Source: Sphaeroforma arctica JP610
Taxonomy: Eukaryota
Assembly (NCBI RefSeq): GCF_001186125.1
Contig: NW_014039997.1
Span: 1 to 36,997 of the forward strand
DNA length: 36,997 bases
Direction of reading: 5' to 3'
The notes under the pieces are model-generated. The model was given only the letters and a program-made list of their open reading frames with translations. It was not told the DNA's origin and did not search any database. This document shows, piece by piece, positions 20,044-30,894 of the stretch. Both the position numbers and the translations under genes were made by a program. Within the stretch, counting starts at the first letter, position 1, and each line of letters opens with the position of its first letter.

Positions 20044-21215
20044 CTATCGACTGAGTCGGGCCCAACGAGAGCGCGACAGCAAGAGGTAAGTACGGTGCAA
20101 ACGCAGTTGTTTCTTTTTGAACGTGACCAAATGCATGACTGGTCCATCATGTCCCGTAACCTCCGCGGGACGAAACCACCGAGCACGTAGTTTGTGATGC
20201 CCTACGTCGCACCAGAAGCGGACTTGCGTTCCAACTGGAAGTAGCTGTGTATCTTGGCGTGATTGGTTAGCATAATGCTGCTGCTGCATGCGGCGTCGTA
20301 TCATCCAATCGGAGTGCTACACGATCTCTCACTAGTGCACTCAAACCCTGATTCGAAACCAACGTTTCACCTATCTTCCGCTGCAGCGAACCCCTCTGGG
20401 GACCATCATAAACTCTGCCCGTGTGCAGAAAAAAATGGTGAAAAGCCCGTCTGAGGCACCACCGTAGCATTGTAGGCAAGCATGGCAACATAGATGTTAG
20501 CCACCCACTCATGGCAAATGTCTGTGTCATCCATTTTAGATACCCATTTACTAATGGTGCGAATGGCCCTTTCTGCACGGCCATTTCCCCCATGATGGCC
20601 AACTGACGTTAAGTGTACATGGCTACCCAAATTAACACAAAACAGGTCAAAAACAGAATTGCCAAACTCCGTGCCGCGGTCGGCCACAAACTGGAGCGGC
20701 ACACCCCACGGTAAGATCTGTTCACGAACAAACTGAATGACACCTTGAACGTTTTTGCTGGATTGAGTAAATACTCTGACAGCCAAAAGTTTGGACGTCT
20801 CATTGACCGCTACTAACACCGAACACTCTCCTCCCGGTGCTTTGGGGATCTCCAAGAAGTCCATCAACCAGTTGACAGAGAGAACCACAGTGCGCTCCGG
20901 TTGTTAAAGAAGCCCCAGTGGTTCCGTTGGAGGACACCCATGCATCTGGCAAGGGCCGCATACACGTCCAATCAACCGTACCTGCGGACGCAACCCCTCC
21001 CAACCATCGACCAGTTGACAGAGAGAACCACAGTGCGCTCCGGTTGTTAAAGAAGCCCCAGTGATTCCGGTGGAGGACGCCCATGCATCTGGCAAGGGCC
21101 GCATACACGTCCAATCAACCGTACCTGCGGACGCAACCCCTCCCAACCCAGAACGTCCCTTACAAGATGTTGCAACAGTGCCTGGGCAGCATGGACATAT
21201 GCTACATGCAAATAT
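20044..21215 (-). pseudogene. Integrase (HHCC zinc finger, DDE core, GPY/F-like tail), disrupted
   Basis: LHVAYVH...CGPC; MDFLE, ADRGTEF, NGRAERAIRT; KLRARWFRP; contains stops and a 143-bp duplication. Confidence 0.92.
20861..21146. repeat. 143-bp tandem duplication in the integrase
   Basis: 20861-21003 and 21004-21146, about 4 substitutions. Confidence 0.92.
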
Positions 21216-21787
21216 TGCAATGCCTTCACCACCTGAGCCCCTGACAGCGGCACCCCCCACAGAGAACGTGACGGGCACGCTAACAATATCGGCCAGGGGT
21301 CAACGGGTAAGGGGATGGCTGGACGAGTACGTTTCGATGGCGGCTGGTGACTGTCAGCACCGGTTATCGCCTCCACCGGGCCAGACTCTTCGTTACTACC
21401 ACTGGGCGGAAGTACACGTGGGCGAGCAGGCTCAAGACTGTGCCTCCCTACTTCTCGAGACAACATCCGCTGCTCGAAAGACACATCCGCCCCGGCTGCA
21501 ACGACTTGCGGACGTATCTCCCCTTTGTCCAAGGCCTGGGCCAGAATAGTAGGGTGCATCTCTGGGTGAGACACAGCCAGCCCAATGACGGCAGCCGCAA
21601 CCCCAGGAAACACTCCTGTACGCACACCTTTCCCGCTAATCATAGGAGAACACACAAGTGGTGCGTTACTAGGCAAAGGGCGAACTGAAAGCAACGAACT
21701 CTCACTCGGCAACGCCGTCACCGGAGACACCGCTAAGGAATCACAGCGCTGCCATAGATCAGCGGAGACCTTAAACTGCCGAGGCCC

Positions 21788-22190
21788 TAACCTGCACGCA
21801 AGGGTGACAAAAGAAGGTGGACCAGTGGGTGAGTGTCCAAAACGCGAGAAGATACCCTCCATACGCGGGATTACCGTAGGCTCATCCGCCAACAAGGAAC
21901 ACAACTGCAGGAACCAAGCCGCCGAGGGCCAATACGGACATATCAACGTGCACCAGGCCTGGTCTCTCTGCGCCTTCTCAAGGACAGCTGTCGACAGAGT
22001 CCAAGGAGGGTTCATAAACCAATTAACGGTAGGGTCGCCCCAGAAACGTGCAAAGACGCCACCTTGCAAGGTTGGCGAGCAGTAGTAAGGCAATAGATTG
22101 CTGCCTGGGAGTGCCAAACCGTTCGCTGTGTGGGGTCCCCACCGCTTTTCCAAGCGTCGAAAGTATGCCGACGTCAGCATATATTCCTCC
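21788..22190 (-). CDS. Dam-like DNA N6-adenine methyltransferase domain within Pol
   Basis: EYMLTSAYFRRLEKRWGPHTANGLA..SNLLPYYCS..VFARFWG...WFMNPPWTLSTAVLEKAQRDQAWCTLICPYWPSAAWF matches the DIRS/phage-Dam MT pattern; NPPW at 22001-22012; open and in frame with RNase H. Confidence 0.88.
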
Positions 22191-22279
22191 GTAGTGGGTA
22201 GCTGGACCAGCGGGTCCGCCCATGACACTCGGAAGCTCACTCTTTGTCCCTGAACCTTGAGAATAGGGTCAATAGACAC

Positions 22280-22672
22280 ACACAGACGCGATAAAATGCC
22301 TGCCACCGGGGTATCTACCCCAGGCACATGGATTTTTTCTACGTCGAAGTCTCTCAGAACGTCGTAGTAACGCCCCATGCGACGCCCTCGTACATCATCT
22401 GGAAAAGCAGCACGGGCTTTGCTGAGCATCGCTAGAAGGGGTTGGTGATCAGTACATAAGCGGATCGGAAGAAGAGCTCTTCTAAGCACCCGCGAATTCT
22501 TCTTGATACCATACACTAAGGTAAATGCTTCCTTGTTTGTAATGTGGTATGCGAACTGAGCAGAGTCGTACCTAGATACAAAGAAGCATACTGGGAGTAG
22601 GACTTCATCTCGTAGGACAGCTAATTTCCCACCTACCCCAACCGATTCACAAGCATCAGCGTACATGACCAT
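22280..22672 (-). pseudogene. Ty3/Gypsy RNase H domain
   Basis: YADAC..GVGG.L, NKEAF, TDHQPL, HVPG...VAGILSR; separated from RT by an in-frame TAG at 22673-22675. Confidence 0.93.
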
Positions 22673-23530
22673 CTACTCCTTAGGGCGAGGTTCGACAAAG
22701 ACTGCACAAGACTGCAGACATTCATTTAAGCACGCAAAGGCCTCACGCTGAGGTGCTGCCCACACAAATTCCACCTTGTCTTTGAGCAATGCTGACAAAG
22801 GGGCTAAAATACGTGCGAAGTTGGGTATGTAGTCGGACCACCACCCCACCGTGTGGTACCATGACTCCAGTAGGTCCTTGGAGGTAAGCTCTTGCAGTGA
22901 TAGCAATGCCTCCAAACGTCCCAAATCGATCGTTGATCCTCGATAATCAATTAATCGGCCCAGGATCACTACTGGCTTCGTATATTGTGTAATGCTACAT
23001 TTAGAGAGCCTCAACTGTACTCCATATTGTGCACAGCGAGCAACTAGTGCCAACAAACATGTCCAGTGCTCCATAGGATCATCGTGTGCAAAGGATATAT
23101 CATCGATATACCACATGATATCCATAAGTCCAGCAAATACATCCCCCAGCATCTCTTGGCAGCGACAAGATGCCTCCTTGAGACCAAAGGGCATTCCTAC
23201 AAATGCAAAACGGCCAGCTGGAGTTACAAACATAAGGTACTTCCGAGACGCTGGAGCCACACGACGTTGGCACAACCCCTGCCCCATATCTACTGTCATC
23301 ACCCAGCGCTTGCCCTTGAGCGTTGATAGATATTCTCTTTCTGTAGGTATGTAATGTGGCTCAGCTCGAAGTTGTGTATTCACCCGCTTTTAAGTTGATA
23401 CAGCAGCGCCAGTCATCTACTGTCTTAGGAATGACCCCAGGTTTCTTAAACACTAAGTGCGGTGCTGAACACAATTCTGACTTATCGATGCGCTCAATTA
23501 GCCAAGCATCTATCTTCAACTGGAGTGCTT
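22673..23530 (-). pseudogene. Ty3/Gypsy reverse transcriptase
   Basis: APHLVFKK..DWRCCIN (frameshift near 23385), VDMGQG, MPFGLKEAS, YIDD at 23099-23110, KC, LG, YIPNFARILAPL. Confidence 0.96.
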
Positions 23531-23959
23531 CTAGCTTCAAAGGGTCCTTGTCAAAACAGCTGACGTACTGCGGGATGGCATCCTCACTCTCACTAATCAC
23601 CAGGTCAGGTAAGTTGAGGAAGCGCAGGGCCAGGTCAGCTAACAGTTGTTGCAACACCCCTTCCGTTGCCCCACATATACTAGCTAGATCCTTGATGCCT
23701 TCAATGCCTAGAGGTGGATCCTTCTCCTCGTCCCACACCTCATACTCTTGCTCCTCTGCTGCCCACTCAGCTGTGCAATAACGTTTCGGTTCTCTAGCCA
23801 GCACACGCCCTTCTAACACCTCTTCTGTCACCCCTACTCTTTTCTGCAGCGTCTGAAACACCGCTTGCTCTCCACTGACACTACCGGTATCTGTCACTAC
23901 AGTCCCAACCTCCTCTGCCTTACCCATCAGTTCCAGGTAGGCAATTGTTAACTCAGCTT

Positions 23960-24317
23960 GCGGCGCCACACAAAGCACACCTTGCTTCCACATCAGGTGC
24001 CACTTATGCTTTTGTAATGTGTTGTATCCTATCAGTAACTCACAGCCAATTGGTACTTCTGTGACGACTAGGCAGTCTATCCAGTGTTCAGCAGTGTGAC
24101 CACCCCAAGTAACCACCGCTAACTTTACTCTTGTAGCCCCTAGCGGCTGCAGCAACCCCATGTCCCCTACACCAGTGAACACTTCACCTTCGTACTGGTG
24201 TACTTTGACTTTTAACTCGGTTGCAATTGTTTGAGTGATTAAAGTAGGTGTAGCCCCTGAGTCCAGATAGATCTTAACCCAGCGTGAACCTACCCAAGCA
24301 CCTGATACCCCCGCAAG
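23960..24317 (-). pseudogene. Retropepsin aspartic protease
   Basis: VKIYLDSGAT (~24253-24280) and LLIGYNTL; in frame with gag after a TGA. Confidence 0.9.
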
Positions 24318-25593
24318 TCACTCCTGTCCCGGGGTCACGAAGTTAGTGGCACTTGCCACCACCGACACCTTGTCATTGCTCTTGTTGCTTACTACCGCAT
24401 CCTTAGCGCCATCCTTAGATACATGCTTCAATGCTACTACCACAGCCGCCTCATCCCACTTTCTCTTAAGCGCTTCCTTTTTCCGCTTCTTGAACTTCTG
24501 CGCAGCACCTTGTGGGACAGTTCTGCTGCTGGTCTTGGCAACACAGTCTCTCTCAAGATAACTCGCACTTCCGCAGGAGTGACAACCAGAGTAACGATCC
24601 GAGCCCGGTACCTGCCCCAAGGCTCCTACCACACCTCCAGCACGATTGCCCTCTTGTGCGGACGGCCTTCTTACTAGCAGTAAGTCACTCTGGATTTTAA
24701 CAACCAGGGGGGGTTCACCTGCTTCATAAGCGCTTTCTACCGCCACTCTATCTTTCTCTAAAGGGTAGCAAGCAATGGCAAAGTTTCTTAAGTCCACTTC
24801 AGTGGCCTTGAGTTTTGTCATGACCTCTTCCCCAAACACTGGATATCTCAACATCGTCTCTATGTCAGCTTTGACAAAGGTGTCTGCTAGCACTGGTTCC
24901 ACCAGACAGGCCACCGCTTGAGCCCTTTGCTTTGATAAGGTGTAGAAGTTCTCGATGACGGCACACAGCCGCTCACCTTCCACAACATCGTCATTGCTAA
25001 TAAGTTTTTTTTAGCAGCAGTCATTAGGCTATTAGCCAGGGTGTCTTCCTGTGTACCTTCAGTGGCACCTGCAGTAGTCTTCTTGGCCTTTTCATCTCGC
25101 ACCGTCAGGTTCCAATCTTCAATTCTCTGAGCACCATACCCCCATTGAGCCACGAGGTCCAGGCCGCAGTAAGTACAGCTTTGAAAGCATTGAACTTAAA
25201 TTCCTTAGGATACACTACTTTCAACGCATGGTCATTCGATATGGATTCTGCTAAAACCTTAAGTTGGGGCGCAGGATTTACCAACAACATTCTCGTTGTT
25301 CTTGCTTCCATCAACACATAAGCCATTGTCCATTCCGTAGAAACCAGCGGTGTAGGCACCGCCGCCTTCACCTTGCTCGATAATTCCTCCTTCAGAATCT
25401 GGTGCAAGATAGCATAAAGATCTGTGCAACGGGTGCCATTGTCATAGACATCCTTGGCGATCCCACCTCTGTCATTCTGCATCGTCATACGGACACCATT
25501 CCAATCCACCAGAAATTCATGACGAGATGCTCCATACTTCTGCTTCCCCGCATAGGCTCCAAACCGGCCCTTGGCTGCATCTGAGATCGACAT
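24318..25593 (-). pseudogene. Gag, frameshifted into three ORF pieces, with a degenerate zinc knuckle
   Basis: ORFs 25105-25608, 24887-25153 and 24318-24983 directly after the 5' LTR; CHSCGSASYLERDC (CX2CX4[H>Y]X4C). Confidence 0.8.
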
Positions 25594-25631
25594 TTCAATA
25601 TCCCACACTATTAATTGTTGTATCTATGAGT

Positions 25632-25640
25632 ACGTATATT
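25632..25640 (-). promoter_or_regulatory. Non-tRNA primer-binding site (AATATACGT), putative self-priming
   Basis: Abuts the 5' LTR with no TGG; exactly complementary to 25736-25744 inside the LTR. Confidence 0.6.
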
Positions 25641-26361
25641 TGTTGTGCGCTGTAAATGTATTAATAGTGCGCTTAAGTTTTGCTTAGGAAAAACACTGTC
25701 AAGTGGTAAAAACCTAGTTTATTCGCGTTCAGTCTAATATACGTGTTGTTGCTCACGATAGAACTGAACTTATATTATTGCAAGAGCTTCCTTTTATACG
25801 TAAGCTCATAACTGTGTAGCTTAGTACTAAGGTAACAATTTATCACAATAAAGAGATGTAATCCAACAAAGATACAAGTCTTTGCCGATCCCCTCCCATC
25901 TCCGCCTCACTAGGGAAAAGGAGTCAAGGCATGCATGTGGTACAAGCTTCCTTCCTCCACCTAAGCTTATACACCAATGATGCGTGCCTCCATAGGTATA
26001 CATGTACCTTGACACACATATACTGAATCTGATCCATCTCTCACTTACTAGCACGTGCTGACATGCGCTACATAGCTTCCCTAGGCCTAACAGGCACACC
26101 GTGCCCCTCCCTATTACGTAGCATTGCGCTATACAACACGCGCCAGGATGTCATCGCGTAAAACATGAAGACTTGGAACTGTAAACCCTCTAACTTGGGA
26201 AGCTAAAGAATAAACTAACTAAAACCTAAGTTTATCCTCACAAACTTGATTTATCCAGCAGTTTTTAACCAAATATTTTAGGGAGACATTTGCATCCTAA
26301 ATTTACTCTTTCAGGGCCAAAAGTGACCTTGCTCCCAGTTTGAGGGCTATTGCGCCTTACA
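25641..26361 (-). repeat. 5' LTR of Gypsy-MT (721 bp) with TATA-like and poly(A) signals
   Basis: TG..CA termini; on the - strand TATAAAAG (25791-25798), TAATATAAG (~25769-25777) and AATAAA (25718-25723). Confidence 0.95.
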
Positions 26362-26766
26362 CTCTTGATGTCCATAGTTATTGCATTAACCAATAACTTG
26401 CCACTTATCAAGAGTTACCGACTTAGCCTTCATCCGACTGGCACATCTGGTTGGCTGAACGGAGAATAAACTAAGCAACGCTAATAGTCCTTGGAAACCT
26501 ATGTTCGGTTGAGCCATCTCGTTACCGAAGTATTCAGATATAAATAGATTTGGAAGGTAAATATAGTTCTATTAATAGAACTAGAGCAGATCTTATATTT
26601 GGTATTTTACTGGGGCCTTTTTTTGGCCTTGTCCAATTATCTGATATATAAAATGGAAAAGGTATTTAATTAATAAAAACCGTTAAAAGCCATTTAAGAG
26701 TTTACGTACTTTAAGAGTACGTTTATATTACAAGATTCTAATGTGGAGGCCCGGCTTTTACAGATG

Positions 26767-28958
26767 CAGGCAAAGTGGCTGGTGGTGAATTTGTAGCTAC
26801 CGGGGCAGGCAAGGCAGAGATGTACGTAATCGTTCCAATCATAGCACAGAGTCGGATTGGTGTAGGTTCGAAGCAGCGGTTAAAGCTGTCGTGTCTGGCT
26901 TTGTCTCGATTTGAGGTTGGCGGTTAGCCCATGACCAGTTGGTAGTAGTATTGGTGCCGGGCCATTGCCGCGATCTCTTTGTTGGACCAGCGTTTCGTTG
27001 AGTTCTTCCTAATGTCGTCACAGCGTCGGCGGAGGGCTACATGGTCGGGTGTACGCCCGCCCATGGGTTTGTGTACAGTTTTCAGGTGGGCATAGATACT
27101 GTACGGGAAGCACAGTGATGGTTTGTCGTGGGCCCAGGCGGGTTGCGTCAGAGGGGTGAGTGGGTTTGTACTGGCTATTGAGTAGAGTTGTATTCCCAGG
27201 CAACCTCCGAGGTAGTCCGCGAAAGGTCGCGCGGGGAACAGGCCACAAAAGTGGAGTAAGTTTGTTTGATGTTTGATAAACCTAGGGTATTTAGTGCCCG
27301 TGATGATGGCTGCTGCTCGGATGAATGCTGAGTTATAGCGCTCGAACAGGGGGTTCAGCGCCAGGCAATAGTGTTCAGGCCATATGTAGCCGTGGATAGG
27401 TGAATGTTTTGAACAGCACCAGTCGGTTGTGGGAGTGTCACCAGCTGAAGCTATGGAAGCCATAAGCGCAGAAAGATACCCAAGGACAATGCTGCAACCA
27501 GGGATTCCATATGTCTGGCGAAGTTGATCCCTGGTTCTCCGTGAGAGAGTGGGAACCTCAGATATTAGGAGAGTTTAGACTTGGCATGTGTGGGCGGCAT
27601 CTTCAGGGAGAGGTAGCGTGTGTTCCAAGGTGCGTCTGCGAGCGTCGGCGTGATAGGCTCCCCATTTATACGGAGGGTTGGTGCCGCGTGTCGCAAGTCG
27701 GTAGATCGTACTCGGGTTTGATGGCACCCTGTTCGAGGCCAGATTTGCGTCTCCACGCATGAATGTCGTCTAAGAAGGGCCGGAGTGGAACCGGTTGGGG
27801 GGCTTGGATCCGTGTGCCGTCGACAATTAAACTAAGGAATCCATGTTGATAATAAAGAGCTAGGGGCCAACGATTGAGTCTTGTAGGATGTCATTCGTTC
27901 AACGGAATAGAGGCGAGAGCGTGCCGCGGTATGTCACTCGGGTAGGGACCTTTTAAAATAGCGCGCGGAGACAGTTGATCTAGTTTTAGGGCATTCCAGC
28001 GTGGCGCAGGAGTACCATATGCGTGGGAGAGCAACCTTATCGTATGCTTTGGTAATATCCAAACATACGTCATTACACTCCTCTTCCGACTGTGTCTCAG
28101 ATTTCATGGCGGCGAGTGCTTGGGTAAAACAGGAGTATCGTGATTTGAAGCCAGCTTGGATAGCATGGATTGCAGAGCCGGGGTGGCTCGTAATCAGCTT
28201 AATGAAGCACTTTGCGTCTGACTATTTGAGTTAGCGTGATAGGGCGGAAGTCGGCGGGGGAGGTGATATCTGCATCAGCCTTTTGGGGGGGGTGCGCTGT
28301 CAGGAGGCTGCAGTTCAGGGATGCAGGGAAGGTACCCGCCTTCAATAGCTCAGTGAATGCTTCGGCACGGAGTCTAATCAGTGGGCTATTGGCGTCGGGG
28401 CGTCCTAGTGGCCTGCGTTCGGTGGAACGCTCCACTGCAGCCTTCAGGAGGAGGATGTGGATCCCGTTGGGATAGCATAGTCTCCATTACATCGTCGGGG
28501 TGTATGGCAGAAGTTACATCTGGCAAGGTTCGGTATCCGGTGGAACCACGTAAGGGTTTGTTGAGTTGAATAGCTTCTCAAAGTAGCCAGTGTCATCGGC
28601 ACCCAGTATGCAGGGTTGGCGCGGAGACCGTCGTTGGTACGCAAAATCTTTAAACATGTGAGTATGGCTTTGGGCGGTCAGACGTGGGCGGAACGAGGGG
28701 TTTGGCAGCCGCTAGACCCAGTGTCTGTTTATGTCGTAGTCCCCCGAAGATTTGTGGGTTACCGGCATAGCGCCAGATGCGGTCGAGGATCCGTAGCAGC
28801 CCTTCCACTCGTCTGTACAAAGTGAGATACGACCGTAGTAGGTTCTGCTGCGCCCGGATTTTGGCTTGGAATAGTCGCGCGCGGGATTTGTTGCGTAGGT
28901 GATAAAGTCGATGGCGGAATTGGTAATATCCATGAGAGGGGAGGCATTGATCCGGAGG
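26767..28958 (-). pseudogene. Non-LTR (LINE) ORF2 reverse transcriptase, degenerate
   Basis: YFEKLF, PNGIHILLLK, DFRPITL, QAGFKSRYSC, LDITKAYDKV (~28033-28063), DILQDSIVGP*LF (~27863-27892), FLDD (~27765-27776), terminal CLAC..H..C. Confidence 0.88.
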
Positions 28959-29621
28959 TGACACGTAAACTTCGATAGATATTTCTATGTCTTAAACTAT
29001 GTTATATAAACTACGAGATAATTTAAGTCAGTTAGGATTTAGCAGTGGTAGCTTGTGTAAGAATGATCGGGACTGCCTCTTGGTAAGAGCCTTAGTATCC
29101 TCGATCACACAGGACGTACCTCTAGCTGTTCTTTATTGAATAATTTTCACTAGAAGTACTAAGTGTTCATGACCACATGTCTAATTTATAGATAGACATA
29201 AGAACGTAAGTCAAGTTAATACATTAGCTAATATAAATAAAGTTCCATCTGAAGAAAAGTTAAAAAAATTGTCTAATTTATAGATAGACATAAGAACGTA
29301 AGTCAAGTTAATACATTAGCTAATATAAATAAAGTTCCATCGGAAGAAAAGTTAAAAAAAGAAAAAGACTTATTGGATTTTGGAGATTGGCGGGAAGACC
29401 AAATCCTGTAAGTAGTAGTTCAGAGATTATAAAATTTAGCTTATAATATCCTACATAATAGAACCAAGTAAATGAGTCATACCAAATACTCAGGCTATTG
29501 GAGCCATCAAAGTGAATTTAGAACACTTTGGAAATATTGGGGAAAAAACTTGTATTAAAATATTTTAAATACAAATAGAAACCAATGTGTTATCTCATTT
29601 GATCTTGATATTTTTGACTGA
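28959..29621. mobile_element. AT-rich insertion splitting the LINE, with a 92-bp tandem duplication (29178-29360)
   Basis: Sharp drop in GC content; CCGGAGG on both flanks (28952-28958 and 29622-29628); family unknown. Confidence 0.5.
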
Positions 29622-29649
29622 CCGGAGGCCGTATTTCTACAGGCGGCAT

Positions 29650-30100
29650 TGTTGGCATTTGTTGGGGCCGATGCATTTGTTTCGTTGGAAGTATCTGGTG
29701 ATTGAGTTCAAAGATGTAGTCACCACAGATACCGTAGTCCGTCAGCTTATAGGTCTGGAGGGTGGTGGAGGCGGTAGGCCGGTGATACGCATGCTCTGTA
29801 CCAGTTGAGCCGCCAGCATAGAGGTAGTCCAAGTGTCACGTATTACGCAAGGTAGTCTCGATCGTGTCCATACGTAGTCCGTGATTTGTAGATAGTCATA
29901 CCTCTGGGCTTGAAGTTGAAGTCCCCCCAAACGACGTTTGGTTGGAAATTGCCAATCTCGGGGGAATTCATGTATTGCCTGACGTCTACTTCGGTAAGTG
30001 ATTTGAGTGGGAGGCAGAACACGGCTATATGAACGCCAAGAACACAAAGAACACCGCGTACGATGAGGAGTGTACAAGTTGAAATTTCGATGAGTGTAGG
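29650..30100 (-). pseudogene. LINE AP-like endonuclease relic
   Basis: VVWGDFN (~29915-29935), LDYLY and LTDY (SDH-like), upstream of and co-oriented with the LINE RT. Confidence 0.7.
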
Positions 30101-30894
30101 GTATTGTGCCGTGTTGTGTGATGTAGAATATTATAGAGTGTGTTCCAGCATATATTATTAAGAAATGTGGTGTTATGCCAGGTTTCAACCACACACATAA
30201 CACACGTAACGTTCAAACACTTATCTGTCCATGTTGAGTCCTTGTAAATTGAAGAGCGTCATCCTCATTGGTCCTAACACTGTTCATCTTCGGTCAACAC
30301 TACTGGGCTCTCTTCCTTATTATTGTCAGCCATTTCTATATAGTTGCCTGTCGCCAAAGAGTCTGTCGTGGAAAGTTGAGGCTGCGTATGTATTGGTATC
30401 CATCATGTCTGATTGTGTCGGGAAGACCGTTGGTATGTGGAGTCGTTTAGGCTGCCCACGTACACTCGCTGGTATTTTAGCGTTTGCCGGGATTCGTGCG
30501 CTAGGTAAAAAGAGGTTTGCATCATGTTTTGCTTGGTATGCCTTCTGGAGACGGTCCGTAGTAGATCGGAGGATGTCTGCGGTAGTGGAACTAACAAGAG
30601 AAATTAACAGTAGAGCATTCATGCTGCGGGCAAGCCTTTTGGCACTCGTTCATGTGTGCAGTGGGCCTCCTGCTTGGTGCGGAGATAGTAGATTAAAGCT
30701 GTTTTCGTAGCGTCGGGATGTTGTTGGGAGTGAGGGTTGATGGTTTCATCAATTCGCCATTTCCACATAAGTGCTGCATGTCGTTTCATCTGGGCGACAG
30801 CGTCGCTAGGAACACAAAGGCGGACAAAACTCGTGAAGCTCCTGCGGCGATTTGATTGAGAAACCGGTTTAGACGGGAGATACCAAAGAAAGTG

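Larger units (their letters stand above)
18612..26361 (-). mobile_element. Full-length but mutated Ty3/Gypsy LTR retrotransposon, gag-PR-RT-RH-MT(Dam-like)-IN
   Basis: Direct LTRs 18612-19333 and 25641-26361 (TG..CA); TSD CTCT at 18608-18611 and 26362-26365; domain motifs in Gypsy order; several stops and frameshifts. Confidence 0.96.
18246..26762 (-). mobile_element. Solo LTR (family B, ~760 bp: 18246-18611 plus 26366-26762) split by the Gypsy-MT insertion
   Basis: Both halves are the reverse complement of the contiguous LTR at 31996-32750; termini TGTAA..TTACA; 4-bp TSD GATG at 18242-18245 and 26763-26766. Confidence 0.9.

Noticed and set aside
21788..22190. Bacterial or phage dam gene contamination
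   Set aside because: The domain is in frame within a retrotransposon Pol bounded by LTRs with a TSD and has no start or stop of its own
21061..24700. + strand ORFs of 60-166 aa overlapping gag/pol
   Set aside because: Antisense shadows of coding sequence with no recognisable motifs
18612..26361. Classification as a DIRS element because of RT-RH-MT
   Set aside because: No tyrosine recombinase motifs; it has a protease, a DDE integrase, direct LTRs and a TSD
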